From Octopus sinensis (lineage: Eukaryota), in the NCBI RefSeq assembly GCF_006345805.1, contig NC_043001.1, positions 10,168,001-10,232,000 on the forward strand: DNA of 64,000 nt, in the 5' to 3' direction. The translations under genes and the position numbers were made by a program. Of the stretch, positions 50,116 to 61,893 are shown one piece after another. A model generated the notes under the pieces. It searched no databases. It worked only from the letters and a program-made list of their open reading frames with translations, and was not told the origin of the DNA. Position 1 is the stretch's first letter, and each line of letters opens with the position of its first letter.

Positions 50116-50153
<38 letters not shown>

Positions 50154-50345
50154 ATTTGTTTGTGTTTGTCTCCCCGTCATTGCTTGACAACCGGTGCTGG
50201 TGTGCTTACATCCCTGTAAATTAGCGGTTCGGCAAAAACGACCGATAGAATAAGTACTAGGCTTACAAAGAATAAGTACTGGGGTCGATTTGCTCGACTA
50301 AAAGGCGGTGCTCCAGTATGGTCACAGTCAAATGACTGAAACAAA
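49741..50345 (+). mobile_element. SINE family A split in its (TA)n tract by a foreign insert of about 190 bp (49925-50116)
   Basis: Head at 49741-49905 and tail at 50130-50345, with (TA)n on both sides of the insert. Confidence 0.88.
50021..50056 (-). ncRNA. Degenerate minimal hammerhead ribozyme inside the 49925-50116 insert
   Basis: The minus strand reads CTTT-CTGTTGA-A-GAGC-GTAG-GTTT-GAA-ATGT-A^AAAG. Stem I is CTTT/AAAG, stem II pairs with G-U wobbles, and the triplet is GUA. ATGT is one CpG decay away from the palindrome ACGT. Confidence 0.45.
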
Positions 50346-50559
50346 ACAATAAAACAGTTTGCTTCCCAAACATGTGGTTTCAGGTTCAGTCCCACTGCAT
50401 GGACCAGTGTCTTCTACTATAGTCCCAGGTCAACCAAAGCCTTGTGATTTGGTTTTGCAGACACAAATTGAAAGAGGCCTATATTTTATACTGATCTCTT
50501 TGGTGGGGTGGGGCGCTACCTGTTCTTTTTCTTTTGAATTATGTCCTATCGGTACCTCT

Positions 50560-51090
50560 ATCTCTTTCTTAACATTGCTTCTTCTCATCACCCAACTCTC
50601 CACCTTTGTCACTCACTACATTAACTGCAACATACACCTGACCTCCTCCACTTTGCCCATGATTCATTTCTCATTCTAAACCACCACTTCATGCACCACC
50701 AACCCACCATTTCTATATCTCTCTTTCATTCTTCCCCTATTTACAGTTTTATTATAATTTTTCTTATTCTTCACCCTTTCTGTATTACCCTTCATCCCCT
50801 TCTCAGCCTTGAGCCACTTCCATCCCTGAATCTTGACATATTCTCACCAACTCATACTTATCAATCATTCCTTCACCATTGTTCACCATTCACTATATTC
50901 ACCTTAACCCCATCTCTTCCCAAGTCACTCTCAGTCCCCTTCAACTCTTGCACCTTCCTCCTGACCTATTCCTTCAATTTTCTCTTCTAATTAAACCCTT
51001 GAATCCTGAGTGCACACTCTCAAGTTCCTTTGTCTTCTTCACCATCTTTATCCCTCTTTCCAGCTCCTCCCCACCTATTCAGACCCTTGC
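50560..51090. repeat. Low-complexity C/T-rich tract of about 530 bp (purine-rich on the minus strand)
   Basis: Near absence of G on the plus strand. Confidence 0.8.
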
Positions 51091-52149
51091 ATATATAAAA
51101 GTTATGTACCCATGTATTTTCTCTGCATCAGCAAACCTATTTCTGCTCCTTTTATTATAATTTAACCCCAATACCTTCCATAAAGCTGTATTATACTTGG
51201 CAAACTCACTCGTGCTGGTGTCACAAAAAAGCAACACATGTACCCTGCTAGTGTTATGAGGAGTGGCAACCCATAGAAACCATTTCAGAACAGAAACTGG
51301 AGGGCATTGCTCACTCCTCCAACTTGTCAGATTCTGTCAAAACCTCCAACCCCTGCCAACATGGAGAGTGGACCTTAAATGAAATGATCACACATGCACG
51401 CCCACCCCCACACACATTTACAGCTGTATGGACTTATAATATTCATGTATATATACATGTACTTGCATATAGATATGTACATGCTTTATGTATATTCTTA
51501 AATATATCTACATGTGTGTGTAAATATACATGTTTATGCATATATATGCACACATGCATTTGTTCTATTATATACATGTGTGTGTGTGTGTATATGTGTT
51601 TATACACACATAGAAAATCTAATTGTAAATTCTATGTATGTTAAGATTAAACTGACAAAAAACATTTAAGTAGGAAATTTTTTAACAGAACATTCCTATC
51701 TATCTTTGTTTCCTGATGTTATATCCTGATATATTTTCATGATTGGTGAAATTCTATTGATTCTTCTCTTTTCTTATCCTTTCCATTTCTATGGCATATG
51801 TATTAAGCTGAAGAATTTTCAATCAATTTATCATTTCAGAAATGTAAATATTGTAACACAAATCTTCAAAATATATTTCCATGATGTTTATATACCTTCA
51901 AATAGAATATATTTCCATATATTTGTTTAAATGTTAAATTTGTTTCAGATATATGATGGAATTTGATAAATTTAATGTGGTCAATTTAAGGGAACTCGGT
52001 CTACATAACATTTTCTCAGATAAATATTCTGCTTCTAATGTATTACTTTCTATGACGCTGCAGAAGCTTTGCAATCTTATCTTATGATAAAATTATCAGT
52101 TTGGACTCATTGAGCCTCAAAAGACATTGAAAGTAACTTTTTTTTGTGG

Positions 52150-52640
52150 TTCCTTCCATATGACTATCATTTTATGTTTAGCAGCAAAATCATTCAGTTG
52201 ATAATGTACTACATTACTCCCCACACAGGCCGTGAATTGAGATCTGCATGCACAGAATTTGGTGCAGGCATGGCCCTGCAATTAAGAAATCTGTTTTGCA
52301 AGTATGTGGTTCTTGATTACACCCTTCTATCAAACTTCCTTTGAAAGCATATTCTTTGGTCGACCTAAGCTTTGTGGCTAAAGTTTTGCACATGGAAACT
52401 ATGTGGAAGCTCTCTGTTTCTCTTCCTTGTGTGTTTACATTGTTCTGGCAGACACATTCCACCAAAAAAATGTATATACACCTTGATTTTGGTTATGCAA
52501 TGTATTAGTTACTGGCCCAAATGAAACCTGGAATCAGTGGTGCATTTGTTTACAAATGTGAGAGTTTCAAGAGAAAATCACTCTTTATTCTGCATTACTT
52601 TCCGTTATCCATTTGTTGAGTATTAGTATGGTATTGTCAT
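52150..52640 (-). mobile_element. Tc1/maT-like transposase relic
   Basis: The minus strand reads APNSVHADLNSRPVWGVM at about 52210-52270, resembling WPPNSPDLNPLDY.VWG. Confidence 0.45.
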
Positions 52641-52924
52641 TATTTGACAAACTGGTGACCAGTTCATGGATTCAGGTTCAGTCACACTGCATGAACCAGT
52701 GTCTTCTACTATAGTCCCAGGTCAACCAAAGCCTTGTGGTTTGATTTTGTAGACAGAAATTGAAAGAGCCCTGTATTTTATACTGATCTCTTTGGTGGGG
52801 TGGGGCGCTACCTGTTCTCTTTCTTTTGAATTATATCCCATGCCTACCCCTACCTCTTTCTTAACATTGCTTCTTATGTGTATTATTGCTTTACGTTTCC
52901 TTTTGTATTTAATTATATAGATAA

Positions 52925-53317
52925 ATTAGTAGTATCACCCAGCGTTGCTAAGGTTTATTTCGCCCCTTTAGAATTGGAATTTTTGAAAAGTATAAATTTT
53001 TGCATTATGTAGCTTGTTATTCTCTTTAAGTGAACATTTTTCTGGTTGAAATACACCAAAAAATGGCGATACAGCAGTCAAAAAATTGTAAAAAATAGGG
53101 ATTTTCATAGAAAAAAAGCACCTTTTTGATGTAAATAATTTTTGGTGTTAACATGGTCCGGTTTGAATTTTTTCTTGTACGGAAAGAAGAGTAAGCTTTC
53201 TTCTATTATACTCTCAATTTTAGTCAATTTGTGCCACAGGGTCTCGGAGGAGATAATGTCAGTTGAAGGCTACCAAACCTGCCATAGACAGACAACATCA
53301 GCTTTATATATATAGAG
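52925..53317 (+). mobile_element. Helentron/DINE-1-like element (second subfamily)
   Basis: Decayed 5' end ATTAGTAGTATCACCCAGCGTTGCTAAGG, matching the 44045 start, and 3' CAGCTTTATATATATAGAG. Confidence 0.7.
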
Positions 53318-54559
53318 AAATATGTGGTTATTGATCCCCTATTTTGTCTTAGTTCTAAGCATTCTTGCTACATCTCCTCCTGATTTTGTATGTCATTCTA
53401 CAATGTATCCTTACTTTCTTCAAGATGCTATGATTTGATGAAGTTGTGGCTGTCATTTCTATCATGTATAAGAACTGCATACAGTCTTTTTATTGTTAAA
53501 TTATGTGGTTGATGATCAATTTAAATATTAGTCACTCACACTTTCAGCTGATATATCAAGTTAAGTGTCTTTTATAATTGCACCATCTATAACACCGTTG
53601 CCATCAATGTTACTCATGGGGCTGAAAGCACCTATCTATATATAGACAGATGTTTTATTAATGGGTGAGATTGAAGAATAATCAATGTGTTGAAACCCTG
53701 GCTCCTGTTGTTTAGATGTGATAAATCTAATTATTCATCTCTGTTCAAAAACATCTAACAGGAGTGTGACGACTGAGCTACTGAATAAAGTAAGGAGATC
53801 CTACTTAAAACAGCTATGTGTTGTAGATTAGATTTTTGAAATTTAATTTAATTTCTCTTCAATTAATGTTTTTTTTTTTTACTGTTTATGTTCATTTGTT
53901 AAATGAATATATAAGTTTATTTTAATGAAATACACAGTTTTTTTTGCTTCTTCTTTCTGTTAGAACTGATTCTTGAGACTTTTAGGTCTTCTATCTAAAA
54001 CATAATTGCATTTTTTTGTTTTATCATTAAGTAAATGCACCAACGTGATTTTTTTTCCCCTATCCAACTTCTGATTCTGTGTGTGTGTGTGTGTGTTAAA
54101 TGTATTTGTCTAAAAGTACAATCAGTCCTTACTCTACCTGCTTGCTTTTGTTGTACATCAGTTTAAAATTTCTTCTTCTTTTAAATATTTTTTCCACGTA
54201 AAAACATTAGTAAGAAGCTTTTAGTATTACCTGATTAGAAAAACCTCATCTAAGAGCCTTTTAGTTGTTACTTTCTTCAGAGAAAAACTGATGTTAGCCT
54301 TTGTATATTATTATTATTATACTTTTTGGGGTTTTTTTCCTCCAAAGAACACCTTTGAGATAGTGATTGTCAAGACTGATTCATCTACGTAAGCAACTTG
54401 CAGATTTTTAACATATTTTATTAATTTACATTATCTACAGTTTTCTCAACTGAACTACAAAAGTCACATGGAGCCGAATCAAACTTTTTTTAAATAGTAA
54501 TATGTAACTCCAACTAAATGTATTGAGTAACTTTCTTTTGTCCATTCACTGGCACGTGT

Positions 54560-54910
54560 GAGTGTGCACATGTGTGCATATATATATAAATATGTATATG
54601 TGTCTGTGTATGTGTGTGTATATATATGTATATGTGTGTGTATGCATATATATGTGTCTGTGTGTATGTGTATATGTGTATGTATATATGTGTGTGTATG
54701 TATATATGTGTGTGTATGTATATATGTATATGTATGTATATATGTGTATATATATATGTGTGTGTTTGTGTATATATGTGTATGTATGTATATGTGTATG
54801 TGTATATGTGTATATGTATATATATATATGTGTTTGTGTATATATATGTGTGTGTATTTGTTTGTGTATATATGTGTGTATATATGCGTGTATATGTATA
54901 TATATATATA
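54560..54910. repeat. (TG)/(TA) compound microsatellite
   Basis: Seen directly. Confidence 0.97.
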
Positions 54911-57711
54911 GTCTTTTATAGTTCATTGCTGATTTCCTTTCCCTTCCTCTCCTCTCATGTTTAATATACTGTTATATGTATAGGGTGATGGCTCCTTAGT
55001 TATGTTTGTTGGAAATATAGCAACATGATTTTTATATAGGTGAATTTGTCTTACTAAAATCAGTCACCTGACAAAGAACTGTGAAAAATATTCAGGTTTC
55101 TGCCATCAAGATTGTGCTTTTGTTTTTTTTGCTGTTTTTTTTACAGTAAAATGACAGGTAAATTTTAATTTCTCTCTAATTGTCGTGTTTATTCTTTACA
55201 TTTTGTGATGCGAGTTATATATTTTCTAAGTCATGTAATCAGCTTTTAGAGCCTAACACATGTTTGAAATAAAGAAAAATGCCTTCATGATTATTGAAGC
55301 AGGTGTGCCATTAGAAAATTGTAATACGTATACTATGAAATTCCTTGGGCCTTAATATTTGAATTAGACTTGTTGCAGCTTCACTCACACAGTAGTTCTG
55401 CAGTAAATAAACACCGTCACTGAAATTCAAGTAGCTTATTGCTATCTCAGAAAACTTGAAGTATTTTGATGCAAAATATCATTGGTACCAAGTGTTAGCA
55501 GCTGATATAACAATAACATCATTTCTGATATATCTTTACATATATTGAAAAAGCACTGCACAAAGATTGTGGAACTCTTCCAGAGTTTTTCTGAATTATA
55601 GAGAGGAAAAAAACTGTAAACCATATTAGGATATACAAAATTGCAAATCGTGCAAGACTGGGAAATATTCCAAGATAGATATACCAGGTGAAAGAAACAG
55701 ATAACTGTTGTATGTGAAATTTTGGATCTCTTAGTTCAGTTCTCCTAACAAATCTTTGTTGAAGTAATAAATTTTGCATGCTTAATTTAGTAGGCATCAT
55801 TAATTTTCATATATTTTGGCTTGGATTCAATATATCCCAAGTTTCTGCAAATGTCTTTGACCTACTTAGATATTTAAATAGTTTTTTCTTTTCTTGCATT
55901 TATTTTTTTTATTATTATTAAAGCAAAAATCCGTATTTTCTTTTTGTTGAAATAAATTTATTTACATTTTTGAGTTACACAAACCATCAAACTATCTGAA
56001 ATAGTATTGTTTTCTAGATTTAGAATCTGGATGTTTGATGTCAGTCTATTTTATTCATTTGTTTGTAATTATTTCCCTTCAGTTTTGAATCATTTGATAT
56101 TGTTTAACGTTGTCTTCATGATAAAATTAGTCTCTAAATAATATAATCTGCTTTTCTTATTTTCTGGAATCCTATTTACTTAAAATCAAATGAAATTTTC
56201 TAGAATATGGTGCTGCTTCCTTTTAATTACATTTTAAAGTTGTTTAATTCAGAAGAAATTCTCACAATAAATATATAGTACAAAAATGTTTATTTTTTTC
56301 TAATACTTATTATGTACATATATTTTAGAAATTAGGAAATAAAAGTGTCTTATCATTCAGTAAATTTTTTTACCTTTATATTTTTTCCGTTATCCAATTA
56401 TAATCTGCAACATACAATCACTTCTACTGATAGATACTGTTGATTCTCTGTTTTGTTTCACCAAATTGTCCGTTGCCTGGAGGGCTTATTAGGCTATGAA
56501 TCTCAACTCAATCACAATGTATAAATCTGTCTGAAAACAACTGATTTCAACATTATGATTTTCAGTCATAAAACAGCGGCATCATTTATTTATTCATTTA
56601 TTTTTCTTTCACAACTTTACAGAAATCTTTGTATAAAATCATACTTACCAATATTTTTCTTCTGGAATGAGTTATGATTATACAGTTAAAAATGGGCAAC
56701 CTTTTATTTTTCTTCTTCTTCTTTTTATTGTCAAATTCTGGTGCTTTTTGTATATTTAAGTTAGCGTTTGCTAAAAATGATTGTTCTCCACCTCCTGTGT
56801 ATGAACTGTCTTTACCACTCTGATTTCATTCAATGTTTTGACATTTGAACTATCTTTTATTACCAATGTCTGCCAAATTTCGACATTTCTTTATCTACAA
56901 TTATGATTTACTGGACTATTAACTTCATCTTTAGAGAAGAGACTTTTTTTTGTTTTGTTTTGTTTTGTGAAACTTACATCCTATGCCACATTTCAATCAG
57001 TTTTGTCTCTGAGCAATGTCAGGTATCATATTCCTTGACACACACACACACACATACATACTGTATTTTATCTAGGAACATTTATTACGACTGAATCAGG
57101 CCCATTTATGTTCCATTTTTAGCTTATTTAAATATAATGAAGATTGGAAAGCCTTCTTCTATTCTGACCTTTAGGAATCTCCTCTCTTAGTTTGACTTCT
57201 TGAAGCTTAGCTGTCACTTACAAGCAAGTATGGCCTAGTGTACCCTGCTTTCCCTAATCACTTCTGTTGACTATGTAGAGACTAGCAAACATAGACACTC
57301 TCTATTTCTAACTAATGACTAGCAATGTGTATGTTATCAGGGATAAGTTAACAGATGATGACTAGAGATGAAGCCAAGTGAAACATAACGATGTAATTAT
57401 GAAGAAGTGTTGCATAATGCAATTTTGAAAAGGTTAAGATCGACAGTGTAATGTATTATAGAATTATACGCAATGACACATCTTAAGTGCAATCTTCCTC
57501 TTTATTCTCATCATGTTATTTGTGTTCTCTTAGGTAAACAATGGTTAATGTCTAAAGATTTAAACTTCACACATTATTTTTGAAAATTCAGCTGATCCTG
57601 TTGATTGATTAACATTGTAGCTCTGTATTTTATTCACCTTGAAGCAGAGTAATTTAATACAGACATTTCTTTCCTGCAGTTGATTTCTGTTAGCCAAGTT
57701 CTATGAAGGTT

Positions 57712-58060
57712 CATCATCATCATCATCGTCTAACGTCCGTTTTCCATGCTAGCATGGGTTGGGCGGTTTGACTGGGGCCTGTGAAGCCATGGAAGCTGCA
57801 CCAGGCTCTAGTCTGATCTGGCAGTGTTTCTACAGCTTGATGCCCTTCCTAACGCCAACCACTCCGTGAGTGTAGTGGGTACTTTTTACGTGCGACTGGC
57901 ACAGGGGCCAAAGGAGGCTGGCAAATGGCCACAATTGGTTGGTGCTTTTTATGTGCCACTGGCACGGAAGCCAGTCAAGGTGGCGCTGGCATCGGCCACG
58001 TTCAGATGGTGCTTTTTACGTGCCACCGGCACAAGTACCACAACTGCAATTTCCATTTGA
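57712..58060 (-). mobile_element. SINE family C, long variant
   Basis: (CAT)n followed by the reverse-complement body, as at 40159. Confidence 0.9.
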
Positions 58061-58061
58061 T

Positions 58062-58336
58062 TTTTATTTTGATGTTGATGTACTTGACTCAATAGGATCC
58101 AAGGTTAGCACAGTAGGCCATCTTTTGAGCCATGAACTCACTTCATTTGTCGGGTCTTTGCGGTCACAGCATATCTGAAAGGCCTCGGTCTTTCATCATG
58201 CTGTGACCATGAAGATCCGACAAATGAAGTAAGTTCATGGCTCGCAGAATGGCCTGCTGTGCTAACCTTGGATCCTAGGGTGACCTGCTTTGCTTGAGGG
58301 GACCTATTGAGTTAAGTACATCAACATCAAAATAAA
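58062..58336. repeat. Fold-back: inverted duplication with arms of about 110 bp
   Basis: 58062-58172 is the reverse complement of 58198-58336. The right arm has about 27 extra bases. Confidence 0.9.
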
Positions 58337-59759
58337 TATCAGGTTATAATCACAAATATATATGTTGATAATAAACAAGTTTCATCCATATATACTTTTC
58401 TATAAAGCAATTTTCACTTGGATCATCAATCTGAGTTTTGAATCTCATGAAGTTAGCATTAAATTGGAGAATAAATTCTTTGAAACCACTGAATGTTGTG
58501 TAAATTAGCATAAGTGAGAAAATTGATCAGCAGAAAAATTAGATAATTTGAAAAAAAATGAGCATATCTTTATAAATTTTAATTTGTAAATGGTATGTAA
58601 TTGATGCATTTTGACAAAATGAATTCTTAATTGATATGGTTTTCAAAGTTCTTTGCTAATAACAGGATTCTACAATTTGATTAGTATTCAGATTTTCAGG
58701 TATTAATATGTTGTCTACAAAATAAATTCAAACCAAAAGCTCATTCCTTATAAATAAATGGTATATAAAACTGTGTTGATTTTGCATGCAAACTATATAA
58801 TACCACAAGTATTTTCCCTTTTTATAACTACTTTGTCATCTAAGTATTTGAAACAGTTTCTAGGATTTATTACATGTGTATCATTTCACATTTGTTGTCA
58901 AATAAAATGAAATAATTGTTCTGTATATTAATAGGAATTAACTCCAAGAATATTTAATTATTCAGTTGCTAAAGATTTCTTTTTGCCTTGAGTCCCTCTC
59001 TGACATCATATTGTAAGGAATGAAATGAAAAATGCCATTCAACAGTTCACTTTGAATATTATTTTCTCTTGCTTTCATTTACATTTTTGCTAAAATAGAA
59101 CATTTTACAGCACATGACCACAATATCTTAAGAATTTCCACTTAACTTGATCTAAAATTATGTGCACAATTTTAAAAATACTTCTGTTAAAACTTTTTAT
59201 TTTTGTTTATCAAATTTCTTTAATAGAGATTAAAGTTTGTAATGTATTTCTTCAAAAATTTGTTTCTTCCTTTGTTTTCCTTCTCTTTGTTGACTTATCT
59301 TCTAATGTTTACAAGTTTTTATTTTAATGTTTTATTTCATTTAAAACTTAGATTTGTTTCTCTATCACACTTGTCAAATCAGTTTGAAATGAATTTTTGA
59401 CTTGAGGATTTTACTTACTTGAACTTCCAATTTTCTTCTTCCATAATTTTGTTAAACTAAAAATGTTTCACAGACTGATTTTCTGCTACAAGACTTAATG
59501 GTATAATTCTACCTTGCAGCGAAAAACGCTCCTATGAAGAGTGTCTTGTCAGTTAAAAGTTGACTAGTCAAGAATTTTCTACGAGATGAATCTTTTCGAT
59601 ATAGGCTCCATTAGTGTTTAAAATATCATCGAGATATTATCTTTTCATGGTTCAATGCTAGTCATTTTTTCCTTAGAGTTATTTCAAAATATTTTTAACT
59701 TGAATTTTATATTAATCTTTGAAGGTGGAAAATCTTTTGATGTGAACTGTTTTGAGCTT

Positions 59760-59760
59760 T

Positions 59761-59849
<89 letters not shown>

Positions 59850-59850
59850 A
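59760..59850. repeat. (TA)n(TG)n(TATG)n microsatellite
   Basis: Seen directly. Confidence 0.96.
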
Positions 59851-61020
59851 TGACTATAAAGAAATATCTCAGTGAATATTTATTTTCATAGTTTTAAAGA
59901 AAATAGAATGTGATGAAATGGGTTTAAGTTTTAGGTGCAATGTGATCAATTCACATTGTTTGTTTCACTGGTGTCTAAAATTATTTCAACTGGAGTGCTA
60001 CTATTCTTAACATATATCCTTTCATTTCAAACACATTTTGCTTTATTCGCTGCAGAAAATTTGGAAATTCTGTCTACTAAAACTGATTAGATTTCTGTAA
60101 TTCTCACTTTTAATCTCAATTTATAATTTTATATTTCATTTTTATATTATATCAAGGAATATTACTTATTAAAATACAGTTTTCTAGATTACACATTTAA
60201 TAATAGCTTCTCAAGTGAATCAAATTCTTATCAGTGATTCATTTTTAATTTGTATAAGTAAATAGTTCTCTCTTTACCATTCTGAACATGCTCCTACGTT
60301 ACCATAACTGCAATGACAAGAATCATTTTACATTCTTTGTATATTACTTTAAATTCTGTTTCTATTCACAGTTTATTGGAAGAAATACGAAGCATCATTT
60401 CTACTCTTATGGCTTCTGTTTTTCTACCTAAAATCTGTATGAAATAAGAAAATATTGTCTAGACTCTTTAAACTAACACTAAACTATGATTGAATTCAGT
60501 TCATATGAAATTAAATGTATTCAAGGCATTGTTTAAGAATATGAAATATTGATTGGCTGGATTTTTGAACTCATTTGCAAGCTCCAGTTTTATTACAGCT
60601 TCAGTGTGGTAAACTGCAAATAGACTTACTTTTTTGTGATGAGCAGTTTCCATCAGCTGATGGTCAACCTTATTAACTTTCGGATATTTAAGTGAAATAA
60701 TTTATGACCAGCTCTTGCTCACTTGGGAATTGAGTACTTTTGATACCACACATGGCATGATCCAATCATTTAGCTAGAGGAATGACATGAGATTTAGAAA
60801 TTGATTTATTTTGTCCAACTGATCTAATCTAGGACGCGAAGCTTGTCTCCTATTCACACCACTTGCTCACTGTTAATGTTGAAGTCATTGTACTCTTACA
60901 TCAGTTTGTGGGACAGATAATTCCAACCTATGCTAGCATGGAAAGCGGACAGTAAACTGTGATGATGATGGTGATGATATGTTAGTCCCTTACTCTATGC
61001 TTGTGTTTCCTACAAGTAGA

Positions 61021-61893
61021 AGGCGGTGAGTTGGCAGAAACGTTAGCACGCCGGGCGAAATGCTTTGCGGTATTTCATATGCCACTATGTTCTCAGTTCA
61101 AATTCTGCCGAGGCTGACTTTGCCTTTCATCCTTTCGGGTTCGATTAAACAAGTACCAGTTATGCACTGGGGTCGATATAATCGACTTAATCCATTTGTC
61201 TTTCCTTCTTTGTCCCCTCTGTGTTTAGCCCCTTGTGGGTAGTAATGAAATAGGTATTTCGTCTGCTGCTACGTTCTGAGGTCAACTTTGTCTTTCATCC
61301 TTTTGGGGTTGGTACCAGTCATGCACTGGGGTCGATATAATCGACTTAATCCATTTGTCTTTCCTTCTTTGTCCCCTCTGTGTTTAGCCCCTTGTGGGTA
61401 GTAATGAAATAGGTATTTCGTCTGCTGCTACGTTCTGAGGTCAACTTTGCCTTTCATCCTTTCGGGGTTGGTACCAGTCACGCACTGGGGTCGATGTAAT
61501 CAACTTAATCCGTGTGTCTGTCCTTGTTTGTCTCCTCTGTGTTTAGCCCCTTGTGGGTAGTAAAGAAATAGGTATTTCGTCTGCTGCTACGTTCTGAGGT
61601 CAACTTTGCCTTTCATCCTTTCGGGGTTGGTACCAGTCACGCACTGGGGTCGATATAATCGACTTAATCCATTTGTCTTTCCTTCTTTGTCCCCTCTGTG
61701 TTTAGCCCCTTGTGGGTAGTAATGAAATAGGTATTTCGTCTGCTGCTACGTTCTGAGGTCAACTTTGCCTTTCATCCTTTCGGGGTTGGTACCAGTCACG
61801 CACTGGGGTCGATGTAATCAACTTAATCCGTGTGTCTATCTTTGTTTGTCCCCTCTGTGTTTAGCCCCTTGTGGGTAGTAAAGAAATAGGTAT
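61021..61893 (+). repeat. SINE family B followed by four 159-bp head-less tandem units (ABAB higher-order repeat)
   Basis: Unit starts GAAATAGGTA at 61247, 61406, 61565, 61724 and 61883. Confidence 0.95.

Noticed and set aside
51949-52086. RYMMEFDKFNVVNLRELGLHNIFSDK.., faintly serpin-like
   Set aside because: The spacing does not fit the serpin motif, the frame stops after 46 codons, and no other serpin exons were seen.
57355-57400. GATGA...GAAAC-ATAACG-ATGT-A, hammerhead-like
   Set aside because: C3/U4 are missing, and neither stem II nor stem I can be formed.
61247-61893. Regular array superficially like CRISPR
   Set aside because: The units are contiguous SINE fragments with no unique spacers, in a eukaryotic context with no cas genes.
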